From positions 64,001 to 128,000 of the IMG/VR virus record IMGVR_UViG_3300021505_000001: 64,000 nt of DNA. One strand, written 5' to 3'. Each line of letters starts with the position of its first letter. Positions within the stretch are counted from its first letter, which is position 1. A model generated the notes under the pieces. That model saw only the letters and a list, made by a program, of their open reading frames with translations, was not told where the DNA came from and did no database searches. Source of the DNA: a virus. Below, in pieces: positions 39,601 through 48,422 of this stretch. The position numbers were made by a program, and so were the translations under genes.

Positions 39601-42087
39601 ACCCGTCCTCTTTCAAAAGCTTATACACTTAGTACACAAATAGGTAGTAAACTTTATATATTTGGTGGGGGACAATGTTATACGGTAGAATGCACACCAG
39701 AAATAGCTAATACTCCTTATTGGGTATGTAAACCTGGCGCATTACAAAATGAAGCTGCTGATGATCATGATGACTCAACACCACCACCTTATAATCCAGA
39801 TGTGGAAGCACGTAGAGCTTATGAATTCGATATGGATACAAGAACTTGGAAAGAGTTAAGTTTATTACCTGAATGGTTATATGCTGGTACTGCTATTCCT
39901 AGTCCAGATAATAGATATATTTATCTTGTTGGAGGTTATACAGTAGAAGATTGTGGTTCTCCTTCTGATAAGATTTACGTTTATGATACTTATACTGATA
40001 GATATTCAGAAATAAAAGGTATTCCTTCTACATATGCTGGAAGAGCCCTTCCTGTTCTGAAATGGATTGATGATGAACATTTAATGATTCAATTTGGATG
40101 TCGAACACATACTGTATGTGAATCAGGAGGCGGGTGTACATTCTGTCACCATGTCCATATTCCTATAAGAGATACTTGGATAATGGATACCAGAAACTTT
40201 TTATTTTATAAAGCTTTTGAGGACATTTCAACTTTTACTGGGATGCTTGTAAAGGATTCTTTCTATGTTGGGGATGAAAGAGATGAAAGTAAAGTGTGGA
40301 TAATGAGTACATCCCCAATTGAAGATAATAATGGAAATCCAACTTTAATTGTATATGAGTGGAATCTTGTTAATGGAGATGTTGATGTCTTACCAGTAAT
40401 CCCTTCAAATGAAATTATAAACGACTATAATATGTTTAGTTTCATGGATGATGAGAGTAAAGCTGATTCTCTTTTTGAAGATGGTGGAGGTACATCTACT
40501 AAAGATTTACTGATGTTCTCAGCATTAAAGAGTAATTTCCGTTTCCGTTATGCATGGAGTGAAGAATATGGAACTTACAATCATAAACATTTATTTATAG
40601 TGGGAGAAAGAGCAGAAAAATCAGGTATAGAATTTATAGAGGAGATAGCACGTGGACATAAAGAAGCTCATTTACGTTTTTGGTATGTTGATATGGAGGT
40701 TCCTGCTAATGGACGTGTAATGGTAAATGTTACTTATGAATATCCACTTCCAATATCACCTGTTTGTATAGCTTATGATGGAGATAAATACCTATATGTT
40801 ATTTACAATAAATACAATATATGGCGTTTAAATTTTAAAAAAGTTTTAGAAGATGTAAATGGAAATTGGTGGTATCAATTACCCCCATGTATGGATTGCA
40901 ATTTCTTGGGGGATGACAGAACAGATGATGCATGGCAGTCTTTCTTTACACCACCAAAATATCTCACTCTTGTATCTCAAGATGGAAAGTATGCTAGGAT
41001 GGATGCTGAAACCTTTACATGGTTTTTAGATAAGAAAGACCCTCCTGAGCCTCCACTTCCAAAAATGAAATTAAAGGCAGCATCCGGTGTTGATCAGAAT
41101 GAAATTTATATGTATCAACTTGGTTCTATTGCTGGTAAAGTAATGAATGTTTATGAAAGGCAATGGGATAATTTCTATTTTGATATGACAATTACAAATG
41201 ATGTTGTCAAAAACTTTCAGGCTGTTATAGATAAAAATTTGTGGCCAACTATAATAAGACGTAGGAGATTATATACAATAAATTCTTTTGGGCATGTATT
41301 TTATGCTTGGTTGCGAATAGAAGGTAAATTTGATGTTGAGTACCAATTAAATGATTTTTATCAAGGAGATGAAGTTCGGATTTATGGTGATTATGCATTT
41401 TTACAACAGTGGGATAATGCCAAAGTATCTGTTTTTACTATAAATAATGGTTGGGTAGAAATTGACCAATCTAATCTTACTCCAATTACAAATGAAACAG
41501 GATGGGATTGGGATAGTAATTTCATGAGGCGTTACCGGCGTGAATTTGTTGGTGCAACTGGAGATATACAAGTTCAATACTCTAAAGTTCCACCAAATTA
41601 TCTTTCTGTTGATTTAGATAGTGCTATTGGTGATGTACCAATATCAAAAATAAGAGTATTCTTTCAAAATGACCCAAAACCATATAATTATATGTCTCAT
41701 ATTAACAGAGTAGAACTAATAACTAATCAAGTTATTATGGCTGCTTATGATGACCCAAATTCAGCTTCCCCTTTAACAATCGTTCATATAGAACCTTTGT
41801 CACCAGAGCAGGATTATAGTAATGAATTTGCAATTTATGTTAGAAATGATGGTTCTGATACAGCACGGGAAGTACAAACTTATGTAATGAATAATGAATG
41901 GGTTCAGTTTACTAAAGACCCAAATGATCAAACATCTTGGACAATACGTGATGAAAATCATCCGTTTTGGTTAGAAGATGAATTATTACCAGGAACAGTA
42001 ACACGTTTCTATGTAAGAGCTGTTAATATTGATATGAGACCTCATCTTAAAGACTTGGTTGTTAAAGCTATTTATCCATTTAGCTAG
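36685..42087 (+). CDS. Large Kelch-repeat beta-propeller protein, probably virion-associated
   Basis: Repeated Y[LIV]FGG...ND.W.YD....W blades; start moved to ATG 36685. Confidence 0.85.
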   Translation: MAESRVLTNIPYTTHNYSNYDIVTEETRDIVDVPYFPAQNLVDVSRKLNLYNPIADVYVPFIDDYGHERLFALLFRKDARYLFVEFADNARYLSYAFSGNSFPQGREDTSYTYDGHNFYLFGGFSDGRCMNDMWEYDLNSNSWRMVNFSNVEITANEAPTRRRKASILKTPSKLYLFGGETDVLSINTANTDSFIVPLNDIWVYDFDYETWTNFDKNREIPHRPGNIIYADSAVIKIIVKGGINEIGINEPTAIWTIDIATDDVTSQVFSPPFTPSSNNVCLLVDGNYCILTDGGDLYRWDNTNGSFHLEKSNATAVNPITKHYWKINIIEKDYGNNSTMGHTDIQIAEEYQWDDTLVSTRDINLIPKGVSISSINVGNLQTFFYGGMIDNQHFNESTYIYNHTTRSVEKLDFVPEERPTERVFSSFAYDKFRGRVWLFGGFDGSKYYNDLWYFDLGLKKYFKVHDQLENTDVDNPKYPQPRWKAGMAVVAEDYLYVIGGYSDVRAFNDFWMYHIPTGEWKKEYPVDDIPWGSQYFIFEWRDRLWFYNGQKLYRYFYKIKQFVDQPFLIPDIYTDNSTNHKTIVDVIQSKEYLDPPIDVTVTNDALFVQNISSGKGYTFRVDLESRVLMDLNFDFDFDEKVLWMDRYYGVGVGSLSDYYINVSLLYPLTKNQIPNSYFHRETDEMPLNALWFQDYSVVSGENKESYMDNAGIFRIQKETIKLDKAELLVDREISVAGTNEWVPNVNFDDPDDVWNATIDVITKPTSYVYTPWFLYQKYLPPGFPYKGAQKVVYNSSAKRIYIIYKNGNTVKYNPFDNTFFTYFSKIWEGTAIGYNEKINKIYAFGGLKNDRKVYMQSGVEWNPVVIGQKNGQGFSAVGTKEEQSHCGLMEFDLNMNEMNLGSIEGYLREKKVASVDYSVTKEYLTEIVRHYIEGYSQNIIPNSLDDIKQKIYQATQPIVDDLSQFDFAFENGTRPLSKAYTLSTQIGSKLYIFGGGQCYTVECTPEIANTPYWVCKPGALQNEAADDHDDSTPPPYNPDVEARRAYEFDMDTRTWKELSLLPEWLYAGTAIPSPDNRYIYLVGGYTVEDCGSPSDKIYVYDTYTDRYSEIKGIPSTYAGRALPVLKWIDDEHLMIQFGCRTHTVCESGGGCTFCHHVHIPIRDTWIMDTRNFLFYKAFEDISTFTGMLVKDSFYVGDERDESKVWIMSTSPIEDNNGNPTLIVYEWNLVNGDVDVLPVIPSNEIINDYNMFSFMDDESKADSLFEDGGGTSTKDLLMFSALKSNFRFRYAWSEEYGTYNHKHLFIVGERAEKSGIEFIEEIARGHKEAHLRFWYVDMEVPANGRVMVNVTYEYPLPISPVCIAYDGDKYLYVIYNKYNIWRLNFKKVLEDVNGNWWYQLPPCMDCNFLGDDRTDDAWQSFFTPPKYLTLVSQDGKYARMDAETFTWFLDKKDPPEPPLPKMKLKAASGVDQNEIYMYQLGSIAGKVMNVYERQWDNFYFDMTITNDVVKNFQAVIDKNLWPTIIRRRRLYTINSFGHVFYAWLRIEGKFDVEYQLNDFYQGDEVRIYGDYAFLQQWDNAKVSVFTINNGWVEIDQSNLTPITNETGWDWDSNFMRRYRREFVGATGDIQVQYSKVPPNYLSVDLDSAIGDVPISKIRVFFQNDPKPYNYMSHINRVELITNQVIMAAYDDPNSASPLTIVHIEPLSPEQDYSNEFAIYVRNDGSDTAREVQTYVMNNEWVQFTKDPNDQTSWTIRDENHPFWLEDELLPGTVTRFYVRAVNIDMRPHLKDLVVKAIYPFS

Positions 42088-42100
42088 GGATGATTAACTG

Positions 42101-43324
42101 ATGCTATTTACAGACTCATCTGAAAAAAGATGTTTTACATTTTCGGATTCTCCAAGGTCTAATCGCTACATTACCTTGAAGTACTTCACGTATTGTGACA
42201 AAGAAATTTATGTAAAATATCAACTTGTTCTTAATTCTGAAAGAAGATGTTTATGTAATGGCTCATTACAAGTAACTTACAGAAAGTGTTTTATACCTGA
42301 TGTTATTTTAACTAAAGATACAAATAGATATTGTATAAGTGGTTGGGGTGAAGCAAATAGTGCTGAAAGGAAATGTTTTTATATTCCTAACTATAATTGG
42401 ATTTTAACAACCCCAACCGTTTATCTTACACTTATTTATTATTCTGAAAAGAGTTCTATATGTTGTACTGATCCAATAAGTATTAGAACAGTTATCCTTC
42501 ATTATACTATCTATAGTGATAGGTATAGTGTAGTACAAAGAATAAACAAAACTCTTATTGATTCTCCTCAAGTCTCTCTTGCTATACGTTTCTTTAGTGA
42601 TAAACAACTTTTTTGTGAGGCACAACTTAAATACACCCAAAGATTTACTTTATTAACATATACTACTTCTTCTGAAAAAGAAGTGTTAGCAATGCGTTTT
42701 AATCAAACTACTTTATATACACCTACTGTTCAAACTACTATTTTTGATTATTTAACCGAAAGAAAATGTGTAACAAAAAGTGAATATACTTTAACAGAAC
42801 GCATTTGCTTAATAATGACAGCATATTTTACAGAGAGAAACATTGGATTTAGAATGGGTGTACATTCTGAAAGATATTGTTGTAGTATTATTCCAAAGAG
42901 TACTCATTTACATTCATTTATAATTACTCCATCAAGACTTGAATACAGTGAAAAGTGGGGGTTCTGTATTGGAACTAAGTATTTAACAGAAAGACAAGTT
43001 TTTTATGAAATGAGAAAGCTTTTTGTAACAAAAACACCCACTTCTTCAACAGATTCTCATTTTATAACTTCAGATAAAGATGATTCACAAACAACTATCT
43101 ATCTAACAAATGAGAGAAGTATTTCCTTACATGGAAATGTTGAAAGAACAGAACTACAATCTAAAATTGATAGAAATATCTATGTTATTGGAATTAAAGA
43201 TAAAGAAGTTACAATAGCTGGTACTGATGATAAGGGAGCTAAAATTGTATTTAAAGATAATGAACAGAAAGAAAAAAAATTAATATATACAGCTCCTGCT
43301 ACAATTGATATAAATTTTATTTAA
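42101..43324 (+). CDS. Cys/Thr-rich repetitive fibre-like protein
   Basis: [ST]-E-[RK]-x-C repeats. Confidence 0.55.
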   Translation: MLFTDSSEKRCFTFSDSPRSNRYITLKYFTYCDKEIYVKYQLVLNSERRCLCNGSLQVTYRKCFIPDVILTKDTNRYCISGWGEANSAERKCFYIPNYNWILTTPTVYLTLIYYSEKSSICCTDPISIRTVILHYTIYSDRYSVVQRINKTLIDSPQVSLAIRFFSDKQLFCEAQLKYTQRFTLLTYTTSSEKEVLAMRFNQTTLYTPTVQTTIFDYLTERKCVTKSEYTLTERICLIMTAYFTERNIGFRMGVHSERYCCSIIPKSTHLHSFIITPSRLEYSEKWGFCIGTKYLTERQVFYEMRKLFVTKTPTSSTDSHFITSDKDDSQTTIYLTNERSISLHGNVERTELQSKIDRNIYVIGIKDKEVTIAGTDDKGAKIVFKDNEQKEKKLIYTAPATIDINFI

Positions 43325-43336
43325 AAGGAGATTGAA

Positions 43337-43555
43337 ATGGCTGTTAATGTTTCAATAAATGGAAAATCTTGGGGAGACTTGATGTTAGATGTATCTGATA
43401 CACGTAATCAAGTTGAAGTTTATCAAAAAACAAATGAAGGAAAATTTTCCACATTTGAGGAATCTTTAGGTGGGGATATAGGTATTAGTAAAGAAGGAAA
43501 ACAACCATTTATAGGTTCTTCTTCTGCTTTTTCTTTGGAAAGTTATTTAAACTAA
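43337..43555 (+). CDS. Small hypothetical protein
   Basis: AAGGAG RBS. Confidence 0.6.
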   Translation: MAVNVSINGKSWGDLMLDVSDTRNQVEVYQKTNEGKFSTFEESLGGDIGISKEGKQPFIGSSSAFSLESYLN

Positions 43556-43584
43556 AACATTAAAATTCTAACCTGTAAAACATT
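43553..43584 (+). promoter_or_regulatory. Two tandem late promoter motifs TAAAACATT
   Basis: At 43553-43561 and 43576-43584. Confidence 0.65.
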
Positions 43585-43633
43585 ATATAATAAAAAGCTA
43601 ACGCTTTAAAATTTCTAAAAAGGAGAAAAGTCT

Positions 43634-44200
43634 ATGGCTATTACATTTGATTGGAAAGGACATGATGGTACAGGTTGGAATTTTACCGTAGGAACTACAA
43701 ATGTTATAGGTTTCTATGGACCTGGTGGATATGGTTCACCAATCCAGGTTGGTCAATATAATGATAGTATGCACATTAGAACATCAACTTCTGATGATAC
43801 TGATGCTTGTGCCCCACCACATATGACAAATCTTAAATATACTTCTGATACAGAGGTTTCTATAGCTGGTGGCGCTCCTGTTGCTCTTACATCAGTTGTT
43901 AATGAAAATTGCATACGTATTGGAGTTAATTCTGATACAAATATAGCTATAATTGGTTCACGTTTATATGCTTATGATGGAACTAATGTAGATAATCCAC
44001 CTGCAAATTTACTTTTTAAAGCTTTTAAATTAGGAGATACAACTTGGTCTCAACCACATGGAAGAACAAATGCTTTAGATTGTGGTACATCAACAACACC
44101 TGCTACAGATCATTATTTTTATATTGGAATGAGTCTTAGCCCTACTGCCACCGGTGCTTCGACATTGTTTGTTACACGCTTTGAGGTAGATGTTCAATAA
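43634..44200 (+). CDS. Putative abundant virion structural protein
   Basis: Gly/Thr-rich beta protein behind a double late motif. Confidence 0.55.
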   Translation: MAITFDWKGHDGTGWNFTVGTTNVIGFYGPGGYGSPIQVGQYNDSMHIRTSTSDDTDACAPPHMTNLKYTSDTEVSIAGGAPVALTSVVNENCIRIGVNSDTNIAIIGSRLYAYDGTNVDNPPANLLFKAFKLGDTTWSQPHGRTNALDCGTSTTPATDHYFYIGMSLSPTATGASTLFVTRFEVDVQ

Positions 44201-44248
44201 TGTGTGTAACTTTTTGTTTTTACTAATAAAATTTATAACTCTTTAAAA

Positions 44249-44302
44249 TTGACAAAAATCCCCTTTATTGTTATAATTGATTAAACAATAAAGGGGATTT
44301 TT
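44249..44302 (+). promoter_or_regulatory. Consensus sigma70 promoter TTGACA-17-TATAAT inside a 19-bp hairpin that covers the RBS
   Basis: Arms 44254-44272 and 44284-44302. Confidence 0.85.
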
Positions 44303-44303
44303 T

Positions 44304-46136
44304 ATGTTAACTGTAGATGAAACCACTAAAAAATTAAAAGAGTTACTTAAAACAACTCATCCAATGCAGATAGCTTCTAAGCTCAGACTTGGAAAAGCTT
44401 ATAGAAATATTTATGAAAGTCTAATTAAACACACATCATTTTTAGATTCCTATAATCCAACTATTACAGAAAGAATATATTGTTTACTGAATGAAATATA
44501 TAGTAGACCAAAATGTGAAACTTGTGGAAAAACGGTTAAATTTCATTCTCTTACTGAAGGATATCCCAAATATTGTTCAAACCGTTGTGTAGGAAAGTCA
44601 AAAAATCGTATTAAAAAACAACAAAAAACCTGTCTAAAAAAATATGGGGACATATCTCCTCTCAGTAAAAAATCTTCATGTTACAATAGAGTGAAAGAGG
44701 GTGTTATTAAAAAATATGGTGTTGATAATGTTCAAAAAGTAAAAGAAATACAAGAGAAGAGAAAACAAACATGTCAAGAAAGATATGGTGTTTCGCATCC
44801 AATGCAGTGCCATAATATATCTACAAAATATGCTTCAACACTTAAAGTATCTTTATTGAAAAAATATGGTGTTGATAATGTAGCTAAACTTCCTCATATA
44901 CAAACCAAAATCTCTAAAACACATAAATCTGAAAAAACAAAAGTAAAAATAAGACAAACCTTAAAAAAGAAATATGGTTTGGATGTCTGTAATGTTAGTC
45001 AAATCCCTGCCGTTAAGAAAAAGATTAGAATTACAATGGCAGAAAAATATGGTGGTTGGAAGAATCAAGAACACATTAAAAATTTTGAAAAATACAATGA
45101 TAGTAGTTTTTGGAATAAAGAATTTGTTTTATCAAACAGGACACTCGATGTTGCTGGAGCGTGCCAATTCTTTGGAGTGAGCGATCAAACTATTAAACAT
45201 CATGCTACAGAGATTTTAAGATTAAATATTAACCTACCCCGAAATAGCTCAAAAATTAAACAAGAAATAGCTTTATTCGTTAAACAATTACTTGGTAAAC
45301 AAGAAGTCTTTTGTAATACTAGAAAAGTGATACCACCATTTGAAATAGATGTTTATGTTCCATCTAAACATCTTGCTATTGAGTTAGATGGTGTTTATTG
45401 GCATTCAATTGGTAAGTATCCATGGAATAACTTGGCTAATGAGTATTATGAAAAAAACAGATTAGTTAGAAAATTTGAAAAAATAAAGGAAAAAGGATTA
45501 AATCTTTTAAATTTCAGAGATATTGAATGGATTCACAAACAACAAATCTGTAAAAGTATGATTAAAAGCAAATTAAGTCTTATAGATAGAAAAATATCTG
45601 CCAGAAAGTGTGAATTAGTTGAATTATCTACTGATAAAACAAATTCATTTTTGAATCAAAATCATTTACAAGGAAGTGTTCCTGGTGGTAAAATTAGATT
45701 AAGTTTGATGTCTAATAACGAAATTGTTTGTGTAGCAACATTTGGGAAGTGGAGATTTGGAAAAAATAGTTGGGAATTACTTAGATTTTCCAATAAAATT
45801 GATACTGTTGTTGTAGGAGGAATTTCTAAAATAATCAAACATTTTCTTAAAAGTTATAAAACAAATAAACTTATATCATATGCTAATAAACGTTGGTCTA
45901 ATGGAAATGTTTATAGAAAGATAGGATTTGAATTTATAAGGGATACAGGATTGGGTTATTGTTATGTTCATCCTTCTACAAAACAATTGATTTCAAGACA
46001 AACTTTTCAGAAACATAAACTATACAGTTTATTAGGGGATAAATTTGATAAGAATAAAACAGAAAAGCAAAATATGATTAATGCAGGATATAGAGTTCTA
46101 TATGAACCTGGAAATTTGCTTTTTCAAATTAAATAG
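44304..46136 (+). CDS. Hef-like free-standing homing endonuclease
   Basis: CxxC..YCSxxC, KYGVDN repeats, FEIDVYVP..LAIELDGVYWHS, NHLQG, ELLRF, SYANKRWSNG. Confidence 0.8.
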   Translation: MLTVDETTKKLKELLKTTHPMQIASKLRLGKAYRNIYESLIKHTSFLDSYNPTITERIYCLLNEIYSRPKCETCGKTVKFHSLTEGYPKYCSNRCVGKSKNRIKKQQKTCLKKYGDISPLSKKSSCYNRVKEGVIKKYGVDNVQKVKEIQEKRKQTCQERYGVSHPMQCHNISTKYASTLKVSLLKKYGVDNVAKLPHIQTKISKTHKSEKTKVKIRQTLKKKYGLDVCNVSQIPAVKKKIRITMAEKYGGWKNQEHIKNFEKYNDSSFWNKEFVLSNRTLDVAGACQFFGVSDQTIKHHATEILRLNINLPRNSSKIKQEIALFVKQLLGKQEVFCNTRKVIPPFEIDVYVPSKHLAIELDGVYWHSIGKYPWNNLANEYYEKNRLVRKFEKIKEKGLNLLNFRDIEWIHKQQICKSMIKSKLSLIDRKISARKCELVELSTDKTNSFLNQNHLQGSVPGGKIRLSLMSNNEIVCVATFGKWRFGKNSWELLRFSNKIDTVVVGGISKIIKHFLKSYKTNKLISYANKRWSNGNVYRKIGFEFIRDTGLGYCYVHPSTKQLISRQTFQKHKLYSLLGDKFDKNKTEKQNMINAGYRVLYEPGNLLFQIK

Positions 46137-46168
46137 GTAACTTATAAACTTAAACAAAGGTAACAAAT

Positions 46169-46300
46169 ATGAAATGCAAAAATGGATATAAACATGATAA
46201 ATCAAAATTTAACACAAGAAAATGGCTTAAACGATATTTTGAAAAAAGAACTACCAGAAAATTTAAAGGGAGTTTAAAAAAATTATTAAATGAAGAGTAA
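46169..46300 (+). CDS. 43-aa basic peptide
   Basis: Open frame below the ORF-track cutoff, AAGG RBS. Confidence 0.4.
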   Translation: MKCKNGYKHDKSKFNTRKWLKRYFEKRTTRKFKGSLKKLLNEE

Positions 46301-46321
46301 CATATAATTATTTCTTTAACC

Positions 46322-46414
46322 TAAAACATTATTGTAATAGCTTTGCGCACCTACCTTCTTTCTTTCCTAAAAAAAGCCCTACTGATTCGCCTTGTCAGTA
46401 GGGCCTTTCCTTTT
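46322..46414 (+). ncRNA. Candidate late small RNA
   Basis: Orphan TAAAACATT, pyrimidine-rich tract, strong hairpin, no ORF. Confidence 0.3.
46369..46404 (-). terminator. Intrinsic terminator, possibly bidirectional
   Basis: GCCCTACTGA/TCAGTAGGGC stem, T7 on the minus strand. Confidence 0.8.
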
Positions 46415-46439
46415 GTGATGCCTTTAAGAATCAAGTGAA

Positions 46440-47156
46440 CTAGAAACGATTGCCACAATTCATACAAAATTTAGCTTTAAAGGGATTTTTCTTGCCACAT
46501 TTAGTACAATATTTTTTACGAGTTTCTTTCACTGTTAATGATGATTCTCTACCTATCATTGTCAATCGGATTTTTGCTGGTATAATTGTAGTTGGAAAAT
46601 CATTAGTAGTATAAAACTCTTGGTTTACATCTTCCCCAGCAATTGTTGTTCCATTTGATTGAAGATTATTTGTTAAACAACAATTTATTGGACAATAATC
46701 CAAAGGATTTCCATTTGAACTATCATTCCGTTTCCAATAATAAACTAAAGGATTTCCATTTGAACTATCATCCAATCCCAAATAATGAAAAAATGTTTCA
46801 TCTATCTCTTTGTAAAAAGAAACCTCTATAATTCCATTTTCCACATTTGATGGGTCATTTGCTCTACTATCATTTACAGATACAAAACGTAACTTGCTTC
46901 CACGTTTCATATTACCGTCAATTAGCAAACGTTTTATATCGAAGGTATCATTGGGTTGCAAAACAAAAGAAATGTCCTCTGGATGGATATAGCTTCCATC
47001 TACCTTGACTTTTGCTTTACACCTTAATTTACTATCAAGATTTTTAAGTCGTATTTGATAATCTGAATTAAAGGGAAGATAGACTTTCCCGTCTATCTCA
47101 CGAAGAACATTACCTTTGTAGAGTATGGACACTACAAAATTTTGATAATATACCAT
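46440..47156 (-). CDS. Conserved large-phage protein with C-terminal zinc ribbon
   Basis: VYLPFNSDYQIRLKN..VDG, NGIIEVSF, CTKCG...FCMNCG. Confidence 0.7.
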   Translation of the reverse strand: MVYYQNFVVSILYKGNVLREIDGKVYLPFNSDYQIRLKNLDSKLRCKAKVKVDGSYIHPEDISFVLQPNDTFDIKRLLIDGNMKRGSKLRFVSVNDSRANDPSNVENGIIEVSFYKEIDETFFHYLGLDDSSNGNPLVYYWKRNDSSNGNPLDYCPINCCLTNNLQSNGTTIAGEDVNQEFYTTNDFPTTIIPAKIRLTMIGRESSLTVKETRKKYCTKCGKKNPFKAKFCMNCGNRF

Positions 47157-47177
47157 TTTTAAACCTCCTTATTTTAA

Positions 47178-47218
47178 TAGCCCGTCCTGTAAAGGCTAAG
47201 TTTTTGTTTAAACAGAAC
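47178..47218 (-). promoter_or_regulatory. Predicted H-type pseudoknot in 5' UTR
   Basis: GUUCUGU/ACAGGAC and UAGCCU/GGGCUA interleaved stems just before AAGGAGG. Confidence 0.45.
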
Positions 47219-47384
47219 TATTAGGCATCACTATAAAATGCTTTAACTTTTAATAAATATGTATGAAAATCGGTTGACAAAGGAAAATCTTTAATATATA
47301 TAATTAAATTAATATATAAAAACTTATAATGGTTGAAAAGGACAACCTTTACAACTTTTTGTAAGTTGTATAAAACAGATTATT

Positions 47385-47837
47385 ATGTTGGATAATAGAA
47401 ACTTTTTCTTTTTTGAGGCTAAATATTGTAATGAATATGTACATGATGAGTTTATAAAAAACAGTTTTGCTGGTATATGTTATAATTTTGAAGAAGCCCC
47501 TGAATTATATTATTTGATGAGTGCCATTAAAAAGAATGATATTATAATTCTAAAAGCTTTTGCTCCTTCAAGTAATGTAATGACTGTATTTGCAATAGGT
47601 GTTTGCAAGAATCCTGAAATACATCCAGCAGTTGATTCAGAAGGTTCTGATATTTCTTATAAATTAGGATTTGGGATAACTGTTGATTGGAGAGTAGTTG
47701 AAACTATTACAATTCCAAAAAATCTTTTTAAAGATAAACTTTATAATTGGCGAATAAGCCCAATTTATCAAGAGTTTAATCCTCGTATCAACAAGATTAT
47801 TCTGAACCTTCTTTTTAAAAAATATTTCTATAAATAA
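47385..47837 (+). CDS. Hypothetical protein
   Basis: Isolated + strand ORF with upstream TTGACA. Confidence 0.6.
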   Translation: MLDNRNFFFFEAKYCNEYVHDEFIKNSFAGICYNFEEAPELYYLMSAIKKNDIIILKAFAPSSNVMTVFAIGVCKNPEIHPAVDSEGSDISYKLGFGITVDWRVVETITIPKNLFKDKLYNWRISPIYQEFNPRINKIILNLLFKKYFYK

Positions 47838-47857
47838 TTTTGTTGAGAAAGACTTTC

Positions 47858-48418
47858 TTAATTTACAATTGTTATACATAAAAAGTAAAACAGTCTATCC
47901 ATTAAATTTTCATATCTTCCTACTGGAACTTTTATTCTATAAGAGTTTCCGCTTATTTCTATTTGGTAATTTTGATTATCTAAAACTATTTTTTTCGGTT
48001 TAATACATACTGTTTCCTTAATACTTCTAACTAATATCATCTTTTTATCACTAAATATTTCAATATTATTGTTATAGAAGATAAATTTATATATTTGTTC
48101 CAAATTGATAGTAGTTTTTTTAGTTAGTCGATTAACCCTTCCAGCAACAAATTTCTTCCCTGATATATGTTTTAAAATTATTACAGCTTTAAATAATCCA
48201 AAATTGATTTGAGGATTACTTATTACTGCATAAACACATCCAAACTCTTCATTTATTTTAGTTAAAAAATATTCAGTGTATTTCTTTTGTTTTTGTATTT
48301 TGTACTTTGTTTTCCATTCCTTTATAGAATAAAGAGAATTTGAAATAAAGTTCTTTATTTCAAACCATAAATTTTTTAACCAAGTAATATCTACTTGAAC
48401 TTTTATAATACTCATCAT
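47858..48418 (-). CDS. Hypothetical protein
   Basis: ORF, start adjusted. Confidence 0.55.
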   Translation of the reverse strand: MMSIIKVQVDITWLKNLWFEIKNFISNSLYSIKEWKTKYKIQKQKKYTEYFLTKINEEFGCVYAVISNPQINFGLFKAVIILKHISGKKFVAGRVNRLTKKTTINLEQIYKFIFYNNNIEIFSDKKMILVRSIKETVCIKPKKIVLDNQNYQIEISGNSYRIKVPVGRYENLMDRLFYFLCITIVN

Positions 48419-48422
48419 GCAC

